Source: Dipteris shenzhenensis (lineage: Eukaryota). Taken from it: a stretch of 64,000 nt of DNA. The notes below the pieces were generated by a model, which had not been told where the DNA came from, ran no database searches, and saw only the letters and a list, made by a program, of their open reading frames with translations. This document shows, in pieces, positions 1 through 11,959 of this stretch (its first letter is position 1; each line of letters starts with the position of its first letter). A program made the translations under genes and the position numbers. The stretch lies in assembly GCA_047967505.1 (NCBI GenBank), contig CM106538.1. One strand, 5' to 3'.

Positions 1-1910
1 TGAGGGCACGGAAGGCTAGATGGGCAGAGTTAATGCAAGATTTTGATTTTGAAATACGTTATCGAAAGGGTTCGCTTTATGAAAATATCCTCAGTCCTAT
101 TTCAATCCTTGAGAGGGCTTTGCGCAACTGATAGTCATTTCAATTCTTATTGGCAGAAAGTCCAGGATGGGAGCTCCATGATTGACCAAGGCTCAGGGAT
201 TGTGCCACCTACGGTACAAGTGGCAGGAGGTCAATGGATGATTAGGAACGGCTTGTTGTTCCGCAATGGAAAGATATGTGTGCCAAATGTTTCAGATCTT
301 CGATCCAAGGTTCTCTTGGAGTGTCATGATGCTCCTAGTGCTGGACATCCAGGTATACATAGGACTCTGTCTCTTGTGAAGCATACCTTTTATTGGCCTA
401 AGATGTGTGCATTTATTGAAAACTATGTGGTAGGTTGCCGGGTTTGTTAGGTTACTAAGGCAGAACGCCTTAGAAGCGCGGGTTTATTACAGCCGTTGCA
501 AATCTCAGGTAATAAATGGGAAACTATTTCCATGGATTTTATTATAGGGTTGCCAGATGTTTCAGATCTTCGATCCAAGATTCTCTCGGAGTGGAAAGAT
601 ATGTTCCGGAATGGAAAGATATGTGTGCCAGATGTTTCAGATCTTCGATCCAAGATTCTCTCGGGAGTGTCATGATGCTCCTAGTGCTGGACATCCAGGT
701 ATACATAGGACTCTGTCTCTTGTGAAGCATACCTTTTATTGGCCTAAGATGCATGCATTTATTGAAAACTATGTGGTAGGTTGCCGGGTTTCCTAGGTTA
801 CTAAGGCAGAACGCCTTAGAAGCGTGGGTTTATTACAGCCATTGCAAATCCCGGGTAATAAATGGGAAAGTATTTCCATGGATTTTATTATAGGGTTGCC
901 TAGAACGCGCAAGGGTCATGACTCCATTTGGGTCATAGTGGACCGTCTAACAAGAATGGCTAGATTCTTACCTACTAGAACAACCATCTCAGCTCTTCAG
1001 CTGGCTCACGAGTCTCACGAGTTTGTGGACCATTTGTTTAAGTTGTATAAATTGCCGTCCGACATAGTCAGCAACAACAGGGACTCGAAGTTTATAAGTA
1101 ACTTCTGGACACTTGTTTTTGAGAAGTTGGAAACTACTCTAAGTACGAGTTCCTCAGATCATGCATGATCTAATGGCATACAAAGAAGGTCAACCAATTG
1201 GTTGAAGATATGCTTTGGGCATATGTTTCTACGAGACAGTCTTCATGAGAGTCCTGGTTACAGTCCTTTTATGCTTATGTACGGGTTTCAACCAAAGTCA
1301 CCAGTTATGGTTGGGTTAAAGAGAATCCAAAATGATGCTGCAAAGACATTCTTGCAAGACATGCAAGAAATGTTGTAGTTTGCCAAGGAGTCTATTAGAA
1401 CTGCCCAAGATCGGGACATATTTTATGCTAATAGACATCATTCACCTAGAGAGTTCTTTGAAGGAACGATGGTATATTTGCGTATTCCCAAGGAATCCAA
1501 GAGCCTAAGTACTAGTTTGGTTCCGAAGTTATCCCCCAGATACTGTGGTCCGTTCAAGGTTATTAAAAGAATTGGACTAGTTGCATATAAACTAGAATTG
1601 CCTCCTAATGTTAAAGTACATCCAATATTTCATGTCAATAGATTGAAAGAGTTACTAGGTGTGGATGATCAACTTGTTTCTCCTCAAGAAATAATAGAAG
1701 TTACATATTTGACTTTTATTCCACACGAACCTGAGAGTATTCTTGAATTTTGTAAAAGACAGATTCGTAATAGAACTATCACGGAATACAAGATCAAGTG
1801 AAAGGATCGTGTTGAGGGGGATGCAACATGGGAGACATTACAGAACCTCCAGAAGACATTCCTGGGCTTTTTAGCGAACTCAGGAGTGAGTTCTTAGAGG
1901 AGGGGAAGTA
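1..1910 (+). mobile_element. Ty3/gypsy chromovirus 3' pol remnant (integrase zinc finger, core, chromodomain), disrupted
   Basis: ECHDAPSAGHPG...FYWP (integrase HHCC region), WESISMDFIIGLP...VIVDRLT (integrase core), KLSPRYCGPFKV...HPIFHV (GPY/F motif), EPESILE...EYKIK*...ATWE (chromodomain); several stops and frameshifts; PPT AGAGGAGGGGAAG at 1896-1908. Confidence 0.93.
257..900 (+). repeat. Tandem duplication of ~300 bp inside integrase (257-554 vs 602-900) with a short rearranged filler
   Basis: The tgttccg.aatggaaagatatgtgtgcc...gattttattatagggttgcc block occurs twice about 345 bp apart; filler 555-601 is made of pieces of the same block. Confidence 0.9.
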
Positions 1911-2289
1911 TGTCATGTCCACGGATTGGTATCTGACGTGTACTGGGTACACAAGACTAGCTCAAGTAGCCTGGGGAGGCTTAGGGCTAGGCAAGCTTGA
2001 TTCTCAGGTTGAGAAGCAAGGGTACGAACCAATTAGGGGTCTTCACTATTTTTGGCGCATGGGGCCCAAGTCTATATAAGGGGCCCAAAGGTTCAGTTCT
2101 CGGAGAACCGATGGGAGCAAGTCTCGTTCCCTAGTGCTAGGTCTGTCGCGAACGCGCGCCTGCATCATAGTGTAGCCCAAGTCCCAGCAGCAGATCCCAG
2201 GCTTCACACCCAACAGAGGGTACACACAGCGGAAGACTGATAGAATAGCCCAGGAGCTCACACAGTGTGGTGTGGGGTGTGGAATCACA
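1911..2289 (+). repeat. 3' LTR of the Ty3 element
   Basis: Starts TG just after the PPT; TATATAAG at ~2073; likely ends ...ATCACA (end approximate, partner LTR not in window). Confidence 0.7.
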
Positions 2290-2761
2290 AATTTCTTAAC
2301 TTATGTGCATAGAATAGATGTGCAGACTCATCAATAGACAATGAACCAGCCAGATAGAAAAACCACCAAAATAATATATTTCCGTCCAAAGCTATGGACA
2401 CAATACAAAAGAGAGAGATCCAGAGTCCCACCAATGGTGTGGTCCTCTGATCTTACCACAAGGTACTTCTTCTATCTGTTGGCTCTCTCTGGACTCAAGC
2501 CCGCGTGCTCCACCTTGAGCGTAAGTAGACTTTCCGTCTAGATCCCTTCCACCTTGCTGTCTTTGCACCAGCCTAGGTGGGCAGCACTCTGAGCTAGGTC
2601 TGCAGCTCTATAGCCCACTTGTCTCCTTCTGGATAGAGGCCCACAGGTGGCTGATCTGCTGCTCCTGCTGCTCCCTGAACTGCTGCTCCAAGTGATGATG
2701 AATGAGGGCTGGAGACCCTCCTTTTGTAGGCTTCCAGCCCTCCTTTTGTAGGCCCCAAGGG

Positions 2762-2877
2762 GGCTGACAAAAACCGACCAGCCTGCAGCAAACTGGCTGA
2801 CCAGTCTGTGGCTGACCAGTCTGTGGCTGACAAAAACCGACCAGCCTGCAGCAAACTGGCTGACCAGTCTGTGGCTG
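2762..2877. repeat. Short tandem repeats (63-bp period, built from ggctgaccagtctgt subunits)
   Basis: ggctgacaaaaaccgaccagcctgcagcaaactggctgaccagtctgt at 2762 and 2825. Confidence 0.85.
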
Positions 2878-2899
2878 GTCCAGCCCTATAAGGGCTCAC

Positions 2900-5800
2900 A
2901 ACCCGGGGCCTTTTGGGCCCAGTCTTCTAGGGCCTTGGCCCTCCAATCAAGGCAAGGGCCCAGCCTATATAAAGGCAGGTCCCTGCCTCATGGCAGCCTC
3001 TTTTGCTGCTCCAATAGACCTCATCCAGCCCCGTACTGTTTCGTACAGTTGCGCACCACCTGTCCCGGGTCTGCACACCCTCCGTATTGCTCCCTGTCCT
3101 GGGTCTTCTCTAGATGTGCTGCCCACATGACAGCCATGATGCTGTCCATGTGGCAGCCCCTTTCTCTCTTTTTCTGTGGGGTACTGCCCTAGGTCTCCCT
3201 CCCCCATGTTCTCCTCATATGGGGGCTTACAGATGGGAAGGTGACCATTCCAACACACAGCGCCACCTGGTGGTATGGGACACCAGGCTGGTTAGGATCT
3301 GGTTGGAAGTTCGTGCCAGTAGCTCAGCTCGTGGCTCGGAGGGGACATCTCCTGATTCGGGATCGCATCCCGTAGATGTCATGGTTGGGTGGTGAGCAGC
3401 CTGCTCAGTTTCCTCACGTTTGGTGTGTTCTTGTGTTTGCTTGCAGATCAGAGGTTTCAGGAGTGCTGGGGTCGTGTCAGCCTACCTGGGTTCATACCTA
3501 CAGTCTTCGGTGCACAAGAGATAGCTCTGTATGTAATGAACTCAGGTGCAGGCTGAGAACTTTCTAAGAGTGCTCTGTCTTTGAACAGCTACTGAAGCCT
3601 ACACAAAGGCAGAAGGAGTCGTCCACTTCAGAGGGTACAGCAAGTGGAGCCATATTTGGTACCCTACCTCAATATTTGTCCACTGAAGGTTTGGTATATC
3701 TGTTGGCAGTTTTTGTACTTCCTTTCTACCATTATGTATATTATGTTCTGGTTGTACATCTGAGTTCTCTTTCAGATTTGCGTTGTTCTCTTAACTGTTA
3801 AGTACACACATGGAATTGGTTTGTGTCTTCTTTGAGTGTTTTGTGATCTTGGGGTAAATCTTCTGTTGTGAGGGAGTTGGCCTATAGTAAGCAACTACCC
3901 TATGTTTTCCAACGTCATATTAGAGCCCAAAGGGATAGCCTTGCAAGGAGCTTCCATGCTTGTTTGGCTTGCAAGGAGCTTCCATGCCTGTTTGGCTTGC
4001 AATTAGTGCAGGAATCTACTTCATCGTGACCAGCTCACTCATACCAAACTTTGGTGGGCTGGAAATCTGGATGGAACGAATTATCCAATCTGGAAAATAA
4101 AGGTTTGGAGCCATCTGGTGACTAGGGAGATACAAGGGGTGACAGGAGAAAACGGAGGCACGACTTATTGACACAGTGCATGCTTTAGAGAAGATTATCA
4201 GTCAGGCAGATCCAGATCTAGTGTGCGAATGGAAACTGAAGGATGCAGTTGCACTCTCTATGATCATAGGGACGACTGCGGTTGTGGTAATTCCCAAAAT
4301 GTAGTTAGCAAGATGCCACAGGAAGCATGAGAGATCTTGAAGGATCTTTATGAAACCAAGAATATAGGGAGGATCATCACGCTCCAAAATCAGTCGGTCG
4401 CCCTGACAATGGAGGAAGGAGACTTGGCACTCGACTTCCTTGTTAAGTGAAGATACTCAGCGATCAACTGGCGCCATTTGGTCAAAAGGTGGACAGTAAC
4501 CAGTGGGTGATGCTTATAATCAGTAAGCTTCCAAGGAGCGATCAAGGGTTGGTGATGACTCTCACAGCCTGAGAACAAACAAGGCCAATCACTTTTGAAG
4601 AATTGGGCCTGTTGTTTCAAGAGGAGGTACAAATGAAGCTATATAACAAACATGGGTGTTGCAAGGGATTGAACGAAGAAGATGGTTGATCAAGGAAAGG
4701 GGGACCACCAGTCGAAGTCAATGGAATTAGATTTCAACAAATGTTATAGTTGAATGACTTCTCTTAGCGGTTACTCCAGGCATAAGGTGAGGTTTGTAGA
4801 CCTAGCTGTGACAGTGTTCAATGCAAGACATTCATGAATGGTGCATGGACTTGGAAGTTTTGGTGGAGGATGGCAGATGGTGCTAAGTTAGTGGACCCTG
4901 GACGCTACTTCTGGGAGGACCTAGCTTGCTTCAACAGCAAGCAACAATCTGAGTTTCCAGGTTATGCGTTGTCGATTAATTTTATTGAAGGCTTTAGGGG
5001 TTTGCTTTGGGGTGACTGTTTGTACAGGAGTTCTCAGTTGGTAGAGAATGGAGGGTGAAAGCCTTCTGTATGGACAGAGGAGTTCTCATTGTGAGTAGTG
5101 CACATGGCATAGCGCTACATGTATGGTACAAAGAATTATCATTGCACCATCCTCTCGGGGACCCTAGACTCCTTCATTGAAAGATTCTTGATCCAGACTT
5201 GTTTGCAACCGTGAGGGCATTTTCCTATCCATAGTGAGCATAAGCCCAACAATAAGGTAGAGCCATAAGCTTTCACACTTGGTTCTGCTAGCTGTGTATA
5301 TGGGCACACCCTTAAGCTAGAGCTAGCATTCCAAACATTTGACTTTCTATAATGAGTCTTGAGTTCATCACGGTCAAAATGACTCACATTGCCAGCATAC
5401 TCGTACCAGCTGTAAACACATAAGCAAACCCCACAAATGGATCAGAAGGATAAACCCAACGCATTCATCACTCAAAGCTTCGCATGGAGGGTTTCCACTG
5501 GTCGGCCAGACAGAGGAGCTTCGCATTCATCAGTTCAGACTGCATCCAGAAGCTTACACAGAGGCAGATATATCCCAGCGTAGCAGAGCCATAATGTGGA
5601 GGAAGGAGGTGAGAGTCGCCTAGAGCAGCTACTGACACCAGGGTGAGGCACATGGTGATCTAGGAGTATGGCAGCAGGTTCAGCAAACAGTAGCGGATGT
5701 TTGCTGCAGATTTGGCAGGTTTCTGTACTTGGTTTTGACATCTATATATGAGAATGTCGGCTGTACAGCTGTGTCTTTTCCATATCAGAAGTGCTCTCTT

Positions 5801-6345
5801 TCTATACATGCATGCAAACTGTGTGAGTTGGTATTTATGTAATGTTGTGTGATCTCCCATAAATCTATATTCCACTGCGTGAGGGTTGGCTGTAGCAAGC
5901 GACTCTATTCTCTGACTCAGAGATGTTCTTCAGGCTGAGCACAATAGAATAGATGGAACCCCAAATGGGGGCTCCTAAGTCCGCCGTCCGACCCAGATCA
6001 GCCAAGCTGCAAGGGCTGACCTGCTCAGGGCCAACTTATGGTATTACTTGTGAGAGAGGAGTTATCCTGCAAGGATATTGTAATTCAGATTGCGCTGGTG
6101 GTTGGAATACCAAATGATCCATGACAGTTTGTTGTTTTTCACCAAGATTGGGACTATCTCATGGCTCGATGAGAAGCAAACCACAATCACTCTTTCTTCG
6201 ACAAAGGCAGATACAAAAGCAGCCTACACAGCAGCTTGTGGGTCATTCCGGATCCTGGAGGACATCAGTAGAATGCAATGGAGACCAGTTGTAGCAACCA
6301 TAGTTGCATCACAATTGCCAAGAACCCCATATTCCATGCTCTGAT
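2900..6345 (+). mobile_element. Highly degenerate Ty1/copia element (LTR-like region, PBS-like site, gag, RNase H relics)
   Basis: TATATAAA at ~2966; decayed Met-PBS catattagagcc at 3916-3927; gag-like MEEGDLALDFL..ILSDQLA at ~4409-4475; RNase H-like ISWLDEKQTTITLSSTKA...AAC and IAKNPIFHA at ~6150-6342. Confidence 0.6.
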
Positions 6346-7728
6346 GAAGTTATAAAGGCCCAGTACCCTTCTCATCAGGAAGCGGGAGCTGGTTCTCGAC
6401 AAACTGGTGGAGTTGGTAAGTTGGAGCATCTTATTCAACGTATGGCATGGCCCCAGTGATGTTAGTGAGAAGGGGTGTTTGAGGTTCCTTCCCCACCTGT
6501 GAGCCCCCATATGAGAAAGACCTAGGGACGGTAGACCAAGGTAGATCTGAGGTAGGATAAGGGGGGAAACTAAGCTGCGCCTACACTGCAATAGGGTCCA
6601 TCTATGGGCATATGTGGCAGCACGATCGCAGCAGATTTTGCCCCAGGTTGAGGGTTCTTTATAGGCCTTGTAAATGGGCCTGTAGAAAAGCCAGATCTAG
6701 ACCTAACAAACTGGTCGGCTTGTTCTTTACCCCAGACCAGGTTGATTCATGCAGGGGCAATCCAGCCTTTTTTGCCTACATATGGGGCCACTGTGGCCAC
6801 TCCCTCGCATGCCACTGAAGCCGAAGCAAGGCATGCAAGAACTGAGTTCAGCCTCCTTGGGCTGCGAAAGTTCCAGCACACTGCCGGGTGTTTGTGGCTC
6901 TTCAGCAAGCATTCTTTCTACTCCTTGTGTAGGCTTTTTGGCTGTACTTATTGCTGTTCTATTCCAGATTTGTGGGTTCATCTTTGTGCTCATGTGGAGC
7001 AAGATTGGAGATAATTTGCAAGGTCTCCTTGATAGCTTGCTGCTGAGGACGTTCGCTACAGCAAGGAGCCTATTTTCTGACAAAATCACTTGTAAGTTGT
7101 AGTTCAATGAAAATTTGTCTATGAGGTACATGTTAGGGCATATCGTTCCAGCTTCTGTTGAAACGTGCCATCCTAAGTTCCTACTCCTTTGCTCTTAACG
7201 ACCGGCTGCCAATCTCATTTCTCTGCTCCAATTATGATGTGCCCAAGAGCTGCTCCGGTAAGGCTGCAAATCCTCCTTCAACCTTGTCGATGGCTCCTTT
7301 TATGTGGAGGGCTGATACGGCCAATTTGCTGCTGCACCCGTTCTAATATTAGGCAGTGACCTTCCCTGATCAGGGCTCAAACCAGGGCTTTGTTTGCACG
7401 TCCAGACCCTAGCTAGGTAGGCAATCACATGCTAACAATATATATACCTTTGTAAGACTAGAATAAGTCCAATCATACAAATTTAGAATTTTTGTTGATC
7501 TAAAGACCAAAAAGCAAGCAAAGCAACACTTATGTCGTCATCACATGCTAACAATAAACTACAACATCACAAACCCTTATTCCCTCTTGAAGCCCCTCCT
7601 CATGATACGCATACGCATGAGCAAATTGTACAAGTCTTAGACTTGGATTCCTCCACGACTGTAGACTTCCACAGATTAATAACGTAAATCAAAATGTCCT
7701 TTAACAGTCCGGTTGTTCGAAGTCTTAC

Positions 7729-8626
7729 CTAGTTCCTCCAGGAGCTCATATTTCAAGGAAGGATCCTCGCGAATTACGTTTTCATGAACGGGACTACTCG
7801 CCCTTCTCCTCACATTGTGATTTTGCTCCTGTCCATCCCGTTGAGCGTCCCGTTTAAAACTGGGAGGTTCCCGTTTGTTCATAGAGGATTCCGTTTCATT
7901 GCTTTTGAAGCTTTCTACTGCTCGTGAGATGGCGCTGGATGCATCGCCTTCGCTCTTGGTAATAACGGTAGAAAAAGCATCGTCGTATTTGTGCACCACT
8001 GTAGAATACATGTCGGAAGATTTTCCAGCGCTTGAAGGAAACCCTCTTTCTAGAACGCCTCTCTGCGAGTCTTTCACAACGAAGGTTGAGAAAGCATCGT
8101 CCGGAGTCGTGGTTGTGGGGAAAAATGAGGGCCCCTGCTCGCCTTTTCGGGCGCCAATCCTCGCATCGTGGACGTCCTTCTGCATATATCTGATGGCAGC
8201 ATAAAAATCATCCCCTCTCAGCAGAGCGCTGGCGTCTTCAGTGGAGGTAGCTGCACTGTGATGCACGACAGAGGAATCGTCGTCGTCCTTGATCACCATA
8301 GTGGAGTTGATATCACTGGGATCGTCGGTGACATCGAAAGCATCCGTGCCAGCGAACCTCTGAGCTAAGCTCTGAAGCAGAGGAGGGGGGGAATCTACTT
8401 CCTTTCGCAGCATCGTTGCATAGACATCACTGGGCTCTCCAATTTCGCCATCGTCGTCACCAGCGTCACTGGAATTGCGACCAACGGTGGAAGAGGCGTC
8501 ACTTCCTCGATGGATCACGACAGTGGAGTAGATGCCAGAAGCAGCAATGTCATCGCCTCGATAAACGACGGTGGAGTAGATATCAGCATCGGAAGAAGAT
8601 GGAGCCGGTGATTTGGAAGAAGCCAT
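7729..8626 (-). CDS. SIK1: Exon 1 of a STE20/MAP4K (SIK1, Hippo/MST-like) serine/threonine kinase
   Basis: N-terminus DIYSTVV, DVYATML, PPLLQSL, FSTFVVK, ISRAVES and REDPSLKYELLEELG match the SIK1 architecture just before the GxGxxG loop; donor G|GTAAGA at 7728-7727; no downstream exon recognised in 1-7728. Confidence 0.9.
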
Positions 8627-8768
8627 TGGGGAGGGGAGGAAGGAGCTAGCTACGCATCGGAGACGACATTGTGCGATGAAGCGGTAGCTTACAGGTTGAG
8701 AGAGAAAAGCCAGAATGGAGAAGTATTCGAAAGGCCAGGCTGGTTCGCAATTCCCGGAGAAGAGCCGC

Positions 8769-8808
8769 TGTCACGTGATGCCCATTCACATCGTTCATGT
8801 CACGTGAC
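8769..8808. promoter_or_regulatory. Two TGTCACGTGA (G-box) motifs upstream of the kinase ATG
   Basis: CACGTG at 8772-8777 and 8801-8806, 145-180 bp upstream of the start codon; function not shown. Confidence 0.4.
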
Positions 8809-10387
8809 CTGCACATTTTCTATTTTCATCTCATCCAACAATTTCCAAATCATCCAGTTCACGCAGCGACAGCCAACCTCAGGAATCATCTGTTTTTTTT
8901 TTTTTTGGGCAAAGAAAGGAACCTTCTGTTAATGCTTGAAAAACTTTCATACAGAACAGCAGCCTCGAAGATGCTCGAGTTTTCGGCTAGGTTCACACAG
9001 TCAACGCCCATGAGGATTAAAAAGAAGAGAATGGCCACCAGGTGTGGTCACACCTTTAAGATTGCCATCGTGCACGTATAACAATGCAACCCTCAAATCA
9101 ATTCTTTGGAGCATGCGTATTTGGCACCCATCTAAATAATACTCTCACAAATGCTTTTGATACGCTTTTGATCCTAGTCTAGATTTGCTATACATAGTTG
9201 TCATGCACTCTATTGAGAAATATAGACTGCTATCTAGCTCTGGTAAGGAAGCATATCTTTGCATCTTTACCTTTAGTCTCCATCTATTGGGGGTAATAGT
9301 CTTAATGCATGTTTAAACACAAATGACTTTTTGGCTTGCCATGGTACATACAGGTCTTACGCGAGGCGACGTTTTGAAAGCGAAAAACATTTTTTCTAAT
9401 GTTTTTAATTGTGTTCTCGTTTGGTAAATTTTTGATTGGGTAGCGTTGTTGCGGGCCGACGTGGCAATTTCGGATATTCTCTCCCCGCCACGCGTCCATG
9501 CATGCTGTGCATGTTTTGTGGTGGACGCGCTTTACTTGCCTCTTCTTCGTTGTACTGTGCATCGTTTCAGGAGGCCGATCCGATAAGTGGCAACGATGCA
9601 AGATTGCGTACCTTATCTTCATCGTCGTCTTTCTCACTCTGTGTGTCTCTGTTTTACGAGCGAGCTCGATAGGTACATATAAATCACGCAGGTATGGCAG
9701 TTGTGAATCATTAGCAAGGTTGAATTGCCGGTTTCTTTTTGGTTTGACAGATCATCTGTGATCCGAGAACCGATGGCATGTGATGGTAGAAAGTTTCAAC
9801 CGGTTGGCCTCTGCTCTGGGGAGGTAAGCTCATTTTTCACGTGTATCAATCGAGGGATTCAAATGTTTCGACCGATCCGGAGGTTCCTAGAAGAAGCAAA
9901 TGAGATGACGGAAGGAATTTAGGGTGGTATAGAGACGATTAGAGGAGGGAATTAGAAACGAGGATTCGATTACGGGGATTCATCCACTTAGTAATTTACT
10001 TCGTGAATTCCCCTCCTCACCGTATAAATAGTATATGAAATCATACTGTTGGAGCTGGTTCTACAATACCCCACGTCGCTCCCCGGATAGAGCTTCAGAA
10101 GCTAGTATCCCGCGTCTTTGACTGTTTGTTGTGTAGTTGTCCTCGTGGAAAGCCTGTCCCGTGTCTTGCTCTCGTAGAAGATTTGTCGTGCGCTTATTAG
10201 TCGTTCCATGCATGGCACCGTGTCGATCTTGCCCATCTTCAAGATGGGCTCTATACTAAATCGATTCTGGAACTTGCCCATCTTCGAGATGGTATCAGCT
10301 TTATGGGGAAACCGTGCCCTGCTTGTATGTTATACGAAATCAATCTACCAGGTTGCCTGCCTTCGCCCTTGTTTGAAAGCATCTTTT

Positions 10388-11040
10388 CTAGCTATGTTTG
10401 AAGTCATAACTGCGTGCGCAAAGATGCTTCCTGTATATTTTGTTGTTGCGAATAGGAATGATGCTGAATTTGTCTTCTTGTTGTTGATTGTTGTAGATGA
10501 TTGCTATTGCCATTGCTGTCTTCTCTCTGTTTTCGTTAATAATTTACAACAAGCAGGTCTCCTCTTCTGTTGTCCACATTTTGTAACTTCTTTTAGTACT
10601 TGTTGAGACAAGCGGGGAAATAGTGTGCGGTTGCATCGATTTATTGAGTAAGATTCCTTTCTTTCTCTTGCTGAAGGAAGGCCAACGTTAAAGAGGGAGA
10701 CGATATTTCCATTAATGGACTCAAGAACCTTAAAAGAGTCATTGAACCTAGTGTGGAAGAAGTGTATACACTTACAGAGGAACTCATTTGAATTTACGAT
10801 ATTGTGTAAAAGGGTTTCAATGTTTAATCCAGACATGGAAGTAATTTCTATTGGCAATACAATGTCGTGGTTGTTTAGGCTTTCTGCTTGTTCGATGAAA
10901 TTGGGGTTCATATAGCGTATAAGCATTTGCAACAACGCGTTGTACAAAGCGTTCATGCAAGAAATGATATTAGTATTGTTTGGGTATGTATTATGGGAGC
11001 CAATGTCCAACTTGAAATTGAGCTTCTCTAGTGTTGCCAT
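10388..11040 (-). pseudogene. Unknown ORF (178 aa) with a frameshifted C-terminal Myb/SANT-like segment, probably cargo of the Helentron
   Basis: ATG at 11040; alternative frame reads KRSYKMWTTEEETCLL*IINENREKTAMAIAIIYNN...IRNNKIYRK to a stop at 10388-10390; A/C-rich coding strand like the RepHel gene. Confidence 0.4.
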
Positions 11041-11260
11041 TTTACACTAGTAAAGAGAATGTTCTTGCAAATCCAAGCGAGGCCCTTTTTTAAAATGTAT
11101 ATATAAATATATGTGTGTGTGTGTGTGTGTGAACAAGAGAGTATATGCAAAGAAAGCACCAAGTGTATTTACATTCAAAAATGGTTTTGGAACTCTTTTT
11201 CGTTGCATTAGTAAATCCAAAAGAAGAACATGTGTTGACTCATTTAGTAAGAGGTGAAAA

Positions 11261-11680
11261 ATGGAAATAAATGTTGAGAGTGACTTTTATGAAAACCTAG
11301 ACCAAAATAGAGTTGGACTTTGCACTCTAAACAATTTAGAAATTATTACACATAGCAGCAAACGCTAATTTGCAAAACTGAAGTAGTTGGGAAAAATTGT
11401 GATTTCAAAATCAGATTCGTCCTCAACAAACGGGGGCTCGATATCCATGTCTATCCTGCATCGCATTGTCAAAAGACACCCTTTGATGCGTACCTCTTTT
11501 TGAACTGGGGAAAAGAAAAATTTGAGTATTTATTGACACAGTGGTGGTTGTATGCTGCTTTCACTCAAAGTGCAAGAAAGAAAATCACCTTCAACATAAG
11601 CCTGCTCCGCAGCGGCGTGGAAAACACTCTTCAAAGTTTTCTTAGTACTTTTCTAGATGCGCAAGTTCTTCAACAATGAC
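11261..11680 (+). pseudogene. Unknown decayed ORF immediately upstream of RepHel
   Basis: MEINVESDFYENLDQNRVGLC... then, after a frameshift, ~105 open codons ICKTEVVGKNCDFKIRFVLNKRGLDIHVYP...FLDAQVLQQ*. Confidence 0.3.
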
Positions 11681-11959
11681 CCATCTTTTCTTGCTGGGTT
11701 GGTGGGCGCTAGGATGAGAGGGAGGGACATGGATAGTCGAAAGTGGAGCAAGCCAAGTAGTTTTCAGTTTGCACTCACCAGATATTGAGTGCCTTCTTGC
11801 ACAAACAACCCCATGCCCCATCCCCAACCCACGCAGAAAATGAAGCAAGCCAAAAGGAAAAGGGAACATGGCTTCACAAGCATAACATTGCCAACATCAG
11901 AAGCCCCAAAAACATACCCCAAAAAAAATCAACGACACTCCAAGCTATGAACGTGGTTG

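Noticed and set aside
7676-7728. ORF-track extension of the kinase (KTSNNRTVKGHFDLRY*)
   Set aside because: Read-through into the intron past the GTAAGA donor at the position where KGSYG is expected
9738-10300. Possible solo LTR with PBS (TGTGA start, TATAAATA at ~10023, TGGTATCAG at ~10290)
   Set aside because: PBS-like site is not adjacent to a CA end and no TSD or partner LTR was found; left uncalled
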